DNA of 60,298 nt from an uncultured Gammaproteobacteria bacterium (lineage in GTDB: Bacteria > Patescibacteriota > Microgenomatia > UBA12405). Below the pieces are notes generated by a model. It saw nothing but the letters and a program-made list of their open reading frames with translations. It did not search any database and was not told the origin of the DNA. The stretch is taken from positions 1 through 60,298 of the forward strand of contig CAZLCB010000001.1 in assembly GCA_964558195.1 (NCBI GenBank), given 5' to 3'. A program made the translations under genes and the position numbers. This document shows positions 9,039-18,420 of the stretch, one piece after another. Within the stretch, counting starts at the first letter, position 1, and every line of letters begins with the position of its first letter.

Positions 9039-9194
9039 ATGGAAACAGAAAATAAAAAACCGATAGAAGAAAGTGGTATTAATGTAGATGCTGTTAGGGC
9101 TTATATGTTATCTGAAGATGAAGACTTACCTGAAGTAATGGAAAGATTAAGAACAGAGTATGACAGAGTTGATTTGGATAGTATCGGTTTATAA
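9039..9194 (+). CDS. Small acidic hypothetical protein (51 aa), below the ORF-track cutoff
   Basis: ATG 9039, TAA 9192-9194, translating to METENKKPIEESGINVDAVRAYMLSEDEDLPEVMERLRTEYDRVDLDSIGL. No homology recognised. Confidence 0.3.
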   Translation: METENKKPIEESGINVDAVRAYMLSEDEDLPEVMERLRTEYDRVDLDSIGL

Positions 9195-9199
9195 AAATA

Positions 9200-11575
9200 T
9201 TATTTAAATATTTTTTTATAAATTTCTGAGTAGTGGTTAACTGGAATAAATTTGATATCCTTTTTGACTTCTTTGGGGATTTCGACTAAAGACTTTTCGT
9301 TATCTTTGGGGATAAAAATAGTTTTGAGTCCGGCGCGGTGAGCGGCAATAGATTTTTCTTTTAAGCCACCGATTTCTAAAATATTTCCCCGCAAAGTAAT
9401 TTCACCAGTCATACCAATTTCACGAGGGATCGGAGTATTTTTGAGAGCGGAAACTAAAGCAGTAGTAATAGCCCCACCAGCAGAAGGACCGTCTTTGGGA
9501 GTAGCACCTTCGGGAACGTGAATATGAATATCAATTTTGTGAAAATCTTGTTTGATACCAAATTCTTTTGATTGAGAACGAACAAAAGATAAAGCGGCTT
9601 GACAAGATTCTTTCATAACAGAGCCTAATTTTCCGGTCAAAATGAGTTGGCCTTTACCGGGCATAATATTGACTTCGATAAACAAAATATCACCACCAAC
9701 AGACGTCCAAGCTAAACCAGTGGAAACACCAGTTTCGTCTTTTTTACCTTTGAGAGTGGCAGTAAATTTTTCCGGACCCAAGAATTTTTTCAAAGTGACA
9801 GAGTTATTTAAATCAATAGAAGTTTTTTTGTCGGTAACAATTTTTTTTGCGGCCTTACGGAAAAGCGAAGAAATAGTTCGATCAAGACCACGAACCCCGG
9901 CTTCGCGAGTGTATTTTTCGACGATGTATTTGAGAGTTTCATCCTTAATTTCGGTAATATCGCTTTTGGATAAACCATTAGCGGTTAATTCTTTTTTGAC
10001 TAAATATTTTTTGGCAATATTAAATTTTTCGTCGAGAGTGTAACCGGAGAAATTAATAATTTCAAGACGATCTCGTAGGGGCCCAGGGATAGTAGAAATA
10101 TCGTTGCCGGTTAAGATAAAAAAGACTTTGGAAAGATCGACAGGGAAATCGACATAATGATCGTTGAATTCGCGATTTTGTTCCGGATCGAGAGTTTCGA
10201 GTAAAGCAGAAGATGGATCGCCACGATAATCAGAACCGATTTTGTCGACTTCATCAAGCATAAAAACTGGGTTCATGGTTTTGGCATCTTTGAGACCTTT
10301 GATAATGCGTCCAGGCATAGCGCCAACATACGTTCGGCGATGACCACGAATTTCGGCTTCGTCGCGAATACCACCAAGAGAGGCACGAATAAATTCGCGA
10401 CCAAGAGCCTTGGCGATAGATTTACCTAAAGAGGTTTTACCGACACCCGGAGGACCAATAAAACAAAGAATGTTGGCAGCGCCAGAAACGTCTTCGTTCT
10501 TTTTGGATTTAATTTTATTTTTGAGCTGAATGACGGCTAAATATTCAAGAATTCTTTCTTTAACATCTTTAATACCGTAATGATCTTCATCTAGAATTTT
10601 GGTAGCTTTGGACAAACTAACATCGGATTTGGAATATTTACCAAATGGAAGTTCAACGATAGTTTCAAGATAAGTTTTGATATAACTGGATTCGGGGGCC
10701 ATAGAGCCCATTTCCATAAGACGGTCGAGTTCTTTTTGGAGTTTTTTACGAATTTCTTTGGAAACATTAAGTTTTTTGATTTTCTTTTCGAGATCGTCGA
10801 ATTCCCCGCCACTAGATTGACCAAGACGTTTTAATTCTTTTTCAATTTGACGTTTGCGTTCTTCAAGAACATTACGCTTGATACCAGTGTTAAATTTTTC
10901 TTGAGTTTTTTCTTCGATAGAGCGTTCAAGATCGGCAATTTTCATTTCCTGAATAAGAGATTCAGTGACAGCTTTGAGACGTTGGCTAACTAAAAGAGTT
11001 TCAAGTAATCCCTGTTTTTCGGATATTTTTGCATCAAGAGAAAAAGCGACTTGATCGGCTAGATCGCTACTAGAGACGCCGTTACTAAGCTGCATCATGG
11101 CAGGCAGGTCTAGTTGACGACCCATAGCAAAGGCTTTTTTGAGCTGGCTTAATAAAGTTTCAGATGATTGTTGAACTTCGGCTAATGGTTCAGGAATAAT
11201 TGGAAGATCGACATATTCGGCTAAAAATAAAGGATCAGTTTTGAGAAGATTGACAATGTTGACTCGGGAAATACCTTTGACAATAGCGTGAAGGTTACCA
11301 TCGGTTTGAAGAACGTGTTCGATTTTAGCTAAAACACCAACATTATAAAGATCGTTAATGCCGGGATTGTCGACTCGAGAGTCTTTTTGAGTGGTAATAA
11401 TAACTAATTTATTGGTATTGTCGTAGGCGTGAAGAAGAGAATTCATGGATTCTTTGCGACCAAAGAAAAGTGAAGTTTCGACGGAAGGAAAGAGGATAAT
11501 ATTACGTAAAGGAATTAAGGGGAGAACTTTACGAACAGGTTGTAAAGTAGTAATTTCGTTGGCGTTTTGTTCCAT
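9200..11575 (-). CDS. lon: ATP-dependent Lon protease
   Basis: 791 aa with a LON N-domain, Walker A GPPGVGKTS and the protease motif PKDGPSAG. Confidence 0.95.
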   Translation of the reverse strand: MEQNANEITTLQPVRKVLPLIPLRNIILFPSVETSLFFGRKESMNSLLHAYDNTNKLVIITTQKDSRVDNPGINDLYNVGVLAKIEHVLQTDGNLHAIVKGISRVNIVNLLKTDPLFLAEYVDLPIIPEPLAEVQQSSETLLSQLKKAFAMGRQLDLPAMMQLSNGVSSSDLADQVAFSLDAKISEKQGLLETLLVSQRLKAVTESLIQEMKIADLERSIEEKTQEKFNTGIKRNVLEERKRQIEKELKRLGQSSGGEFDDLEKKIKKLNVSKEIRKKLQKELDRLMEMGSMAPESSYIKTYLETIVELPFGKYSKSDVSLSKATKILDEDHYGIKDVKERILEYLAVIQLKNKIKSKKNEDVSGAANILCFIGPPGVGKTSLGKSIAKALGREFIRASLGGIRDEAEIRGHRRTYVGAMPGRIIKGLKDAKTMNPVFMLDEVDKIGSDYRGDPSSALLETLDPEQNREFNDHYVDFPVDLSKVFFILTGNDISTIPGPLRDRLEIINFSGYTLDEKFNIAKKYLVKKELTANGLSKSDITEIKDETLKYIVEKYTREAGVRGLDRTISSLFRKAAKKIVTDKKTSIDLNNSVTLKKFLGPEKFTATLKGKKDETGVSTGLAWTSVGGDILFIEVNIMPGKGQLILTGKLGSVMKESCQAALSFVRSQSKEFGIKQDFHKIDIHIHVPEGATPKDGPSAGGAITTALVSALKNTPIPREIGMTGEITLRGNILEIGGLKEKSIAAHRAGLKTIFIPKDNEKSLVEIPKEVKKDIKFIPVNHYSEIYKKIFK

Positions 11576-11646
11576 ATATTTAGCAGTCTAACATTGACAT
11601 TGCTAAGTGTCAACCAATAAACGGTTATATAGTGTAAAATACACCA

Positions 11647-12567
11647 GTGCAAAATAAAAGTAGTGAAAATAAAACAGTTAAAAAAATTGGCAGAGTAGTG
11701 TTGGTTGGTCGGCCAAATACCGGCAAATCAAGCTTACTTAATGCGATTATGTCGCAAAAAGTAGCTATTACTTCCCCGTTGCCTCAAACAACCCGAAAAA
11801 ATAGTCGGGTGGTTTATAGTGACGATAGGGGTCAGATAATTTTTAGTGATACTCCTGGGATTATTGCAAAAGTGGATGATTTGATTGGAAAAAGAATTAA
11901 CCAGGAAGCACCAAAAGAATTAAACCAAGCAGATATTATTTTGTGTTTGGTAGATATTTCCCGACCAAAAAATGAAGAAGAAAATAAAGTAATTGGTTTA
12001 GTCCGAAAAGCACCAGTAAAAAAGATTTTGGTTTATAACAAAATAGATATTGCTATGGGTCCAAAGGATCATTTGCCAGAATATAATTATTTGGAAGATG
12101 AGTTTGATAAAGTAATTGGAGTCAGTGCTTTGAAAGATAAAAATGTGAAAGGTTTAATAAATTTGATTTTTGAATTGTTGCCGGAAAAGATTAATAAAGA
12201 AACTGAATATAATATCAGCATAATGGACAATGGAAATAAGCCAAAGATAGGAATGAATTCTAAAGAATATGTACAAGAAATTATTCGGGAAAAGGCATAT
12301 TTATTTTTGAGAGAAGAAGTCCCCTATTCGGTGGATGTCAGAGTTGATCAAATTACTGACAAAAGAAAAATGTTGGTGATTAAAGCAGCGATTTTGACGA
12401 CAGCTGAAAGATATAAAAAAATGATTATTGGCCGAGGTGGTAAAAAAATAAAAGAAATTGGTTACAATGCCCGTAAAGAATTGGAATTGATGACAGGTAG
12501 AAAGATATTTTTGGAATTGATGGTGGAAGTAGACAAACACTGGCCAGAAAGGGAAGTAGAAAGCTAA
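11647..12567 (+). CDS. era: GTPase Era
   Basis: G1 GRPNTGKSS, G3 DTPG, G4 NKID and a C-terminal KH domain (IIGRGGKKIKEIG). Confidence 0.9.
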   Translation: MQNKSSENKTVKKIGRVVLVGRPNTGKSSLLNAIMSQKVAITSPLPQTTRKNSRVVYSDDRGQIIFSDTPGIIAKVDDLIGKRINQEAPKELNQADIILCLVDISRPKNEEENKVIGLVRKAPVKKILVYNKIDIAMGPKDHLPEYNYLEDEFDKVIGVSALKDKNVKGLINLIFELLPEKINKETEYNISIMDNGNKPKIGMNSKEYVQEIIREKAYLFLREEVPYSVDVRVDQITDKRKMLVIKAAILTTAERYKKMIIGRGGKKIKEIGYNARKELELMTGRKIFLELMVEVDKHWPEREVES

Positions 12568-12748
12568 TAGCTAGTAGCGAGTAGTAAATAGCAGTTTGAT
12601 TGATTTAAGATGTTTTTAACGATAGAATACGCTTATCTATTAATATGGACACAAAAGCTGTGTCTAGAAACGATATATAGATTAAAAAAAAGGACCTTAA
12701 AATCACAAAACGCTTTGAAGTGAATGGATTAGGTGAAGGAGGATTTAT

Positions 12749-13054
12749 ATGTTTCTGTTGATTGGAAGAAGTATTCATTGGATTCGCTCGAAATGGTATC
12801 TATCTAGAATGATGGAGGCATGGCTAAGGACTTTGAGGGCGCTGTTTGTATTCTCTTTGTCTCAGGCGAAGGCAAGTTATTTTTCTTCCGATAGCGGAAG
12901 TTCGGCATCTATAATTTCACTCATAAAGTGGATTATATATGCCAGGACCAGCGATGAGCTTCACTTAGTACTTCAAGAAACACGAAGAAACGACCGATTG
13001 ACCAGGTGGGCTCTGCGAAAAAAGATGAAAATTAGAAGGAGAATGAGAAAGTGA
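12749..13054 (+). CDS. Hypothetical protein with Arg/Lys-rich C-terminus
   Basis: 101-aa ORF preceded by gaaggagga 6 nt upstream. No family recognised. Confidence 0.45.
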   Translation: MFLLIGRSIHWIRSKWYLSRMMEAWLRTLRALFVFSLSQAKASYFSSDSGSSASIISLIKWIIYARTSDELHLVLQETRRNDRLTRWALRKKMKIRRRMRK

Positions 13055-13062
13055 ATAAAAGA

Positions 13063-13200
13063 ATGACGGCACTAGTGCTAATCGCTCTAGCATTGCTATT
13101 TGAGATTGGCATTGGAATTTACCTAAGAATATTCTTTTTGATAATTCCCGCGATTCTCGGAATTATCGGATGGATATACTTGTGGGTAAAAAAAGAGTGA
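13063..13200 (+). CDS. Small hydrophobic protein (45 aa; 49 aa if GTG 13051 is used)
   Basis: MTALVLIALALLFEIGIGIYLRIFFLIIPAILGIIGWIYLWVKKE predicts two TM helices. GTG 13051 overlaps the upstream TGA stop (gtga). Confidence 0.35.
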   Translation: MTALVLIALALLFEIGIGIYLRIFFLIIPAILGIIGWIYLWVKKE

Positions 13201-13235
13201 TACATGCGAACGTACGGAACATTGAAGGTCTTTTG

Positions 13236-13288
13236 ACCGCAGGTATTTGCACAGCAATGTGTGAAATAAATCCTGCGGTTATTTTTTT
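13236..13288 (+). terminator. Intrinsic terminator of the two-gene hypothetical cassette
   Basis: accgcagg (13236-13243) pairs with cctgcggt (13272-13279), followed by tatttttttt. Confidence 0.6.
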
Positions 13289-13347
13289 GAAAAAATTTGT
13301 CCTTCGACAAGCTCAGGATATTTCCCCAAATTAGGTATAATTGGCTA

Positions 13348-14742
13348 ATGAAGAAAATTAGAGTGGCGGTGGTGCAGATGGAGGTAGTACCAGGAAGACC
13401 GGATATAAATTTTGAGAAAATTATTAGCCAAATTAAAAAGGCTAAAAAGAATGGAAATAATATAGTGATTTTCCCAGAGATGGCGGTTAGTGGATATTTG
13501 ATTGGTGATGAATGGGAAAATGAAAGCTTAATTAAAAAATTAATGGAATTAAATGAAAAGATTAGAGAGGAAAGTGGCGGAATAACAGTAATTTGGGGAA
13601 ATGTGTGGGCTGATTTTGAAAAAGTTGGCGAAGATGGCAGAATGAGAAAATATAATGCAGCGTTAATATCCCAAAATAAAAAATGGGTAGACAATGGGGT
13701 TTTTGAAGGACATACTTTTAAGACTTTATTACCTAAATATAGGGAGTTTGATGATGAAAGATATTTTTATTCGATGGTGAAATTGGCAAACGAAAGAAGA
13801 GCTGGTGTAGAGGAATTATTGAAACCTTTTGAAATAAAAATTGGCGAGGAAAAAATTAAAATCGGATTGACTTTGTGTGAGGATATATGGTGGGAAAATT
13901 ATTTGATAAACCCAACAGAAATATTAGTTAAAAATGGAGCCGAATTAGTAATTAATATCTCAGCCTCGCCGTGGACTTGGAGAAAAAATTTTAAAAGACA
14001 TCAAATTGTAAAGAATTTATTGGAAAAACTTAAGGTTAAATTTATTTACTGTAATAATACCGGCATTCAGAATAATGGGAAAAATATATTTTTGTTTGAT
14101 GGCAGCTCAACTGTTTATAACTCTGATGGAAGTTTGATGGTTACGGCTAAGCCTTATAAAGAGGAAACATTAGAGATAAATTTGTCTGACGAGAAAAATA
14201 TTTTGGATGAGGAAAATTCTGATGAAAGAGATACAAAAGAATTGTATGACGGATTGATTTATGGATTGAATAAATTTTTTGAACAAACAGGAATTAAACA
14301 AGCCGTAATTGGGGTGAGTGGAGGAATCGATTCGGCAGTTTCAGCCAGTTTAGCAACAATGGTGTTAGGAAAAGAAAATGTAATTGGAATTAATATGCCA
14401 TCAAAATTTAATGCTGATTTGACAAAAAATGCGGCAGAAAAATTATGCCAAAATTTGGGAATAAATTATAAAATAATGCCGATACAAGATTCGATAGATA
14501 GAACAATAAATCAGTTAGAAAATAGCGGATTTTTGACAAACGAAATGGTGAGGGAAAATATTCAGGCCAGAGACAGAGGAAGTAGAATTTTAGCGGGCGT
14601 GGCGGCGTGTGTCGGTGGAGTAATAATTAACAATAGTAATAAAACAGAATTGGCTTTGGGTTATACAACACTTTATGGTGATATGAATGGAGCGATTTGT
14701 CCGCTGGGAGATTTGTGTATAAATGGGAAGTGTATAAAGTAG
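13348..14742 (+). CDS. nadE: Glutamine-dependent NAD+ synthetase, N-terminal part (nitrilase domain plus most of the synthetase domain), truncated by a frameshift
   Basis: MKKIRVAVVQM... forms a CN-hydrolase domain. The SGGIDS PP-loop is present. The ORF ends abnormally at ...YGDMNGAICPLGDLCINGKCIK. Confidence 0.85.
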   Translation: MKKIRVAVVQMEVVPGRPDINFEKIISQIKKAKKNGNNIVIFPEMAVSGYLIGDEWENESLIKKLMELNEKIREESGGITVIWGNVWADFEKVGEDGRMRKYNAALISQNKKWVDNGVFEGHTFKTLLPKYREFDDERYFYSMVKLANERRAGVEELLKPFEIKIGEEKIKIGLTLCEDIWWENYLINPTEILVKNGAELVINISASPWTWRKNFKRHQIVKNLLEKLKVKFIYCNNTGIQNNGKNIFLFDGSSTVYNSDGSLMVTAKPYKEETLEINLSDEKNILDEENSDERDTKELYDGLIYGLNKFFEQTGIKQAVIGVSGGIDSAVSASLATMVLGKENVIGINMPSKFNADLTKNAAEKLCQNLGINYKIMPIQDSIDRTINQLENSGFLTNEMVRENIQARDRGSRILAGVAACVGGVIINNSNKTELALGYTTLYGDMNGAICPLGDLCINGKCIK

Positions 14743-15170
14743 CTGAATATATTAATAAAATTAATCAAAAAGAATTAATTCCTAAGGAAATTTTTGAAGT
14801 AGTGCCGTCGGCAGAATTGAGTGATAAACAAGACGTGACTAAAGGAAAAGGTGACCCAATCCTCTACCCTTATCATGACAAATTGATGAGAGCGATTGTA
14901 GAATTTAGAAAAGATCCAAAAGAAATTTTGGAGTGGTATGACAGTAATACGATTGAAAAAGAAATGAAATTAGAAGTGGGTTTAATTAAAAAATATTTTA
15001 AAAGTAGAAATGAATTTAAAAAAGATTTGGAAGAAAAATGGAGAATGTATAAATTGAGTTATTTTAAAAGAATTCAGGCACCGCCGATAATAACAGTAAG
15101 TCGACGAGCTTTTGGTTATGATTTAAGAGAAACTCAAAACATGGCGTATTTGATTGACAGTGAATTGTAA
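14697..15170 (+). CDS. nadE: NAD+ synthetase C-terminal fragment (continues in the -1 frame)
   Basis: The frame-0 reading ..YKWEVYKVAEYINK.. continues the conserved GD(L/V)YK..VY.LA.Y.N segment. Confidence 0.8.
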   Translation: MSAGRFVYKWEVYKVAEYINKINQKELIPKEIFEVVPSAELSDKQDVTKGKGDPILYPYHDKLMRAIVEFRKDPKEILEWYDSNTIEKEMKLEVGLIKKYFKSRNEFKKDLEEKWRMYKLSYFKRIQAPPIITVSRRAFGYDLRETQNMAYLIDSEL

Positions 15171-15214
15171 TTAATTTAGACTGAATTAGTTACTTTATTA
15201 AAAAATCAAAAAAT

Positions 15215-15643
15215 ATGGCAAAAAAAGGAAATTTTTTCTTGGCTGGTTTGTTAGCAGCCGCAGCTGGAGCAGTAGGTGGTTTATTATTAGCCCCACAATC
15301 AGGTAAAAAAACCAGAGAAGATATTAAAAAAATGTTAGTGAAATTAACTAAAGAGGTTCAAACCGGAGTAAAAGATACTAAAGGAAAAGTGGAAGAAGTT
15401 TTTGGTGAGGCAACTGAGGAGGCAATGAATAAATATAAAGAAATTAAAACAGCGGTAATGGAAAAAGTAGCTGAAGTAAAAACTGCCGGTAAAGAAATTG
15501 ATAAAGATAAATACGCCATAATTGTGGAAGATATTGTGGAAGAATATAAAAATGATTTGAAAGCGACCAAAAATGGAGCAACCAAATTAGTGTCTCAGTT
15601 GAAGAAAGATTGGGAAAAAGTCAAAAAAGTTGTTTTAGCCTAA
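15215..15643 (+). CDS. YtxH domain-containing protein
   Basis: The N-terminus FLAGLLAAAAGAVGGLLLAPQSGKKTREDIKK is typical of YtxH, followed by a charged helical remainder. Confidence 0.75.
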   Translation: MAKKGNFFLAGLLAAAAGAVGGLLLAPQSGKKTREDIKKMLVKLTKEVQTGVKDTKGKVEEVFGEATEEAMNKYKEIKTAVMEKVAEVKTAGKEIDKDKYAIIVEDIVEEYKNDLKATKNGATKLVSQLKKDWEKVKKVVLA

Positions 15644-16585
15644 TTTTTTGGCGATAAGATCATTGAGTTGTTTGATACTATCGGTGTCGATGATGGAGGT
15701 AACTACATCGGCGCCGATTTTTTTTTGAAGAGGTTTAATGTCTTTTGGATCGAGAGTATCAGATTTAGTAAGAACAACAATTTCTGGTTTTTTGGCAAGG
15801 GTAGAACTGTAATTGACTAATTCTTGACGAATAGTTTGATAATCCTTAAGCGGGTCGGCCGATTCGGCAGAAACACAGTGAATTAACAAACTAGTGCGTT
15901 CAATATGTTTGAGAAATTTAACACCTAAACCACGACCATCGGCGGCGCCTTCAATAAGTCCCGGAATATCGGCAATAATTAAGCCACCCTTGGTAACACC
16001 TAAATTTGGTTCGAGAGTAGTAAAAGCATAATTGGCAACTTTAGCATTGGCTGGGGTAAGTTCGTTTAATAAACTAGTTTTACCGGCGTTAGGTAAACCG
16101 ATTAAACCAATTTGAGCAATAAGTTTGAGCTGTAAAAAAAGTTTTTTTGGAGTACATTTATAACCTAGTTCCCTTTCGTGTGGAGTTTGGTTAGTGGCTG
16201 AGCGAAACATGTAGTTACCTTTACCACCACTGCCACCACGAGCCATAAGAACTTTTTGACCCACTTGGGTAATTTCAATGGAAGTACCATTGTCATACAT
16301 AGCCACAGTACCAACAGGAACTTGGATAATTAAATCATCACCACCTTTGCCAGTACGATTGTTGCGATCACCTGGTTGACCTTGTTCGGCAGCATAAACT
16401 TTGGCATGACGAAATTGATTTAATTTAGAAATATCAGAAACACCTTCAAAAAAGACAGAACCACCATCGCCACCAGTTCCCCCATCTGGGCCACCTTTGG
16501 GTCGGAAAGCATCGTTGTAAAAATGAACGATACCATCGCCACCATCACCACCTTTGATGATAATATGAACTTCGTCGATAAGCAT
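15635..16585 (-). CDS. obg: GTPase Obg/CgtA
   Basis: Gly-rich Obg fold (GGDGGDG, GGPDGGTGGDGG) and G-domain GLPNAGKTSLL, DIPGLIEGA. Confidence 0.95.
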   Translation of the reverse strand: MLIDEVHIIIKGGDGGDGIVHFYNDAFRPKGGPDGGTGGDGGSVFFEGVSDISKLNQFRHAKVYAAEQGQPGDRNNRTGKGGDDLIIQVPVGTVAMYDNGTSIEITQVGQKVLMARGGSGGKGNYMFRSATNQTPHERELGYKCTPKKLFLQLKLIAQIGLIGLPNAGKTSLLNELTPANAKVANYAFTTLEPNLGVTKGGLIIADIPGLIEGAADGRGLGVKFLKHIERTSLLIHCVSAESADPLKDYQTIRQELVNYSSTLAKKPEIVVLTKSDTLDPKDIKPLQKKIGADVVTSIIDTDSIKQLNDLIAKKLG

Positions 16586-16587
16586 AA

Positions 16588-16624
16588 TTTAGTTTATCAG
16601 TTAATCAGTTCGTCAGTATATCAG
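16588..16624. repeat. Array of four phased NNNNTCAG octamers (copy 2)
   Basis: tttatcag ttaatcag ttcgtcag tatatcag. It lies immediately upstream of the obg start on the minus strand. Confidence 0.75.
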
Positions 16625-16653
16625 AAAAATTGCGTAATTGTCGAATAAATAGA

Positions 16654-17652
16654 TTATTTTGAATTGGTGGCGAGTTGGCCGCAGGCAGCAGAATAAGATT
16701 GGCCAAAAGATTTTCGAAGTGAATATTCAACTCCATATTGGTTGAGATAATTCATGAAAAGTTTTTGTTGATCTTTGGTGGCTGGAGCTAGACCGCCGTC
16801 GACTGGATTGAGAGGAATAAGATTAAGGAAAAATAAATGATGAGAATGAAGGAAATCGGCTAATAATTTAGCATCTGTTTGAGAAGTATTTTGATTAGTT
16901 AGAGCATATTCAAAAAATAATTGACGGTTGGTGTGATTGACGTAATAGAGACAAGATTTTTTGAGTTCGTCGAGATTATATTGCCGAGCAATAGGCATAA
17001 TCGATTCACGATATTTTTGATTAGCGGAGTGAAGAGAAATAGCTAAATTGATTTGAGTGTCTAATTTGGTAAACTCGATAATTTTGTCGGCGATGCCGGC
17101 AGTAGAAATACTAATTTTGCGAGCGCCGATATTTAAGCCGTCGGGTGAATTAATAATTTCAAGAGCGGTGAGCAAATTATCCCAATTTAAAAATGGTTCA
17201 CCCATACCCATAAAAACAATTCGGCCAACAAATTGAGGATAAATTTTTTGGTTCCAATAAAGAATTTGATCAACAATTTCGTCAGCGGTTAAATTGCGTC
17301 GGAAGCCCATTTTACCAGTGGCGCAAAACTGACAATTGAGAGCACAACCAACTTGAGAAGAGACACAGGCCGTAATCCAATCTTCATAATCCATTAAAAC
17401 GGTTTCGATGGACTGATTGTCGGATAATTTTAATAAAGTTTTTTGAACTGAATTATCACCGATAGTTTTGGTTTCGGAAACAGATAAAAGAGCAAAATTT
17501 TCCGAAAGTTTGGACCGTAAATCAAGTGAAAGATCGGTCATCTGATCAAAATTAGTATAGCGACCAGAGTAATAATTTTTGACTATTTGGCGAAAACGAA
17601 ACGGCGGAAGATTTTGAGAATCTAAGAAAGTTTTGAGTTGATTTAAATCCAT
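16654..17652 (-). CDS. rlmN: 23S rRNA/tRNA (adenine-C2)-methyltransferase RlmN (radical SAM)
   Basis: CALNCQFCATG radical-SAM cluster, GMGEP motif and C-terminal AACGQL. Confidence 0.9.
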   Translation of the reverse strand: MDLNQLKTFLDSQNLPPFRFRQIVKNYYSGRYTNFDQMTDLSLDLRSKLSENFALLSVSETKTIGDNSVQKTLLKLSDNQSIETVLMDYEDWITACVSSQVGCALNCQFCATGKMGFRRNLTADEIVDQILYWNQKIYPQFVGRIVFMGMGEPFLNWDNLLTALEIINSPDGLNIGARKISISTAGIADKIIEFTKLDTQINLAISLHSANQKYRESIMPIARQYNLDELKKSCLYYVNHTNRQLFFEYALTNQNTSQTDAKLLADFLHSHHLFFLNLIPLNPVDGGLAPATKDQQKLFMNYLNQYGVEYSLRKSFGQSYSAACGQLATNSK

Positions 17653-17656
17653 TTAG

Positions 17657-17968
17657 TTATGCCTTATTGATGGCATTAAGATAATCTTGTTTTTGACGGA
17701 AACCGACAATAGTTTCAATTGGTTGACCATCTTTGAAGATCATAACTGTAGGAATACCAGAAACGCCATATTTACCTGAAAGTTCCTGTGCTTGATCAAC
17801 ATCAACTTTAACAACTTTAACATCGGTTAATTCGTGGCTAAGTTCTTCAATAATTGGCCCAAGCATTTGGCAAGGACCACACCAAGGAGCCCAAAAATCG
17901 ACTAAAACTTTACCTTTGAAATCTAAAACTTCTTTTTGGAAATCATTTTGAGAAATATTTTGTGCCAT
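17657..17968 (-). CDS. trxA: Thioredoxin
   Basis: 103 aa with the WCGPC active site. Confidence 0.9.
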   Translation of the reverse strand: MAQNISQNDFQKEVLDFKGKVLVDFWAPWCGPCQMLGPIIEELSHELTDVKVVKVDVDQAQELSGKYGVSGIPTVMIFKDGQPIETIVGFRQKQDYLNAINKA

Positions 17969-17985
17969 AGGTGGATTATAAACTA

Positions 17986-18420
17986 TTATTTGGTTTTTAC
18001 TAACTTGGCGGTGTAGATAATTTGACGAACCACGCCATCCGGACCTTCGATTTGGTTGGTACCAGAAAGAGTCACATATTGTGCCAAATAATCAGATAAA
18101 GCAATTTTAAGTTCTTTAGCTTGCATTTGATTTTCTTTGAGTTTGTCGAGAGTAGACTTGGCTTCGGGAGAACTGAGAACATTTTGTTTGGCAGAAGTTT
18201 TTAATTTGGCCTGTTTTTTGGCTTCTTTTTCGATTTCTTGATACTCAGCATTATTTTCTAAAAGAGCATCGATCATACCTTTTTGTTCTTGAAGTTGCTT
18301 ACTTATTTCATCAAGACGAACAGTGGCGGTATTAATAAGAGATTCAATATTAAGGATTGTTTGAGCTTGATTTTCGTCTGGCATACTTTTAACTTTATCA
18401 AGGCTGAAATTCATCTTCAA
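17986..18420 (-). CDS. Hypothetical coiled-coil protein
   Basis: 144-aa ORF, charged and helical. The start is uncertain (M1, M3 or M13), and the longest form overlaps the dus stop. Confidence 0.5.
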   Translation of the reverse strand: MKMNFSLDKVKSMPDENQAQTILNIESLINTATVRLDEISKQLQEQKGMIDALLENNAEYQEIEKEAKKQAKLKTSAKQNVLSSPEAKSTLDKLKENQMQAKELKIALSDYLAQYVTLSGTNQIEGPDGVVRQIIYTAKLVKTK

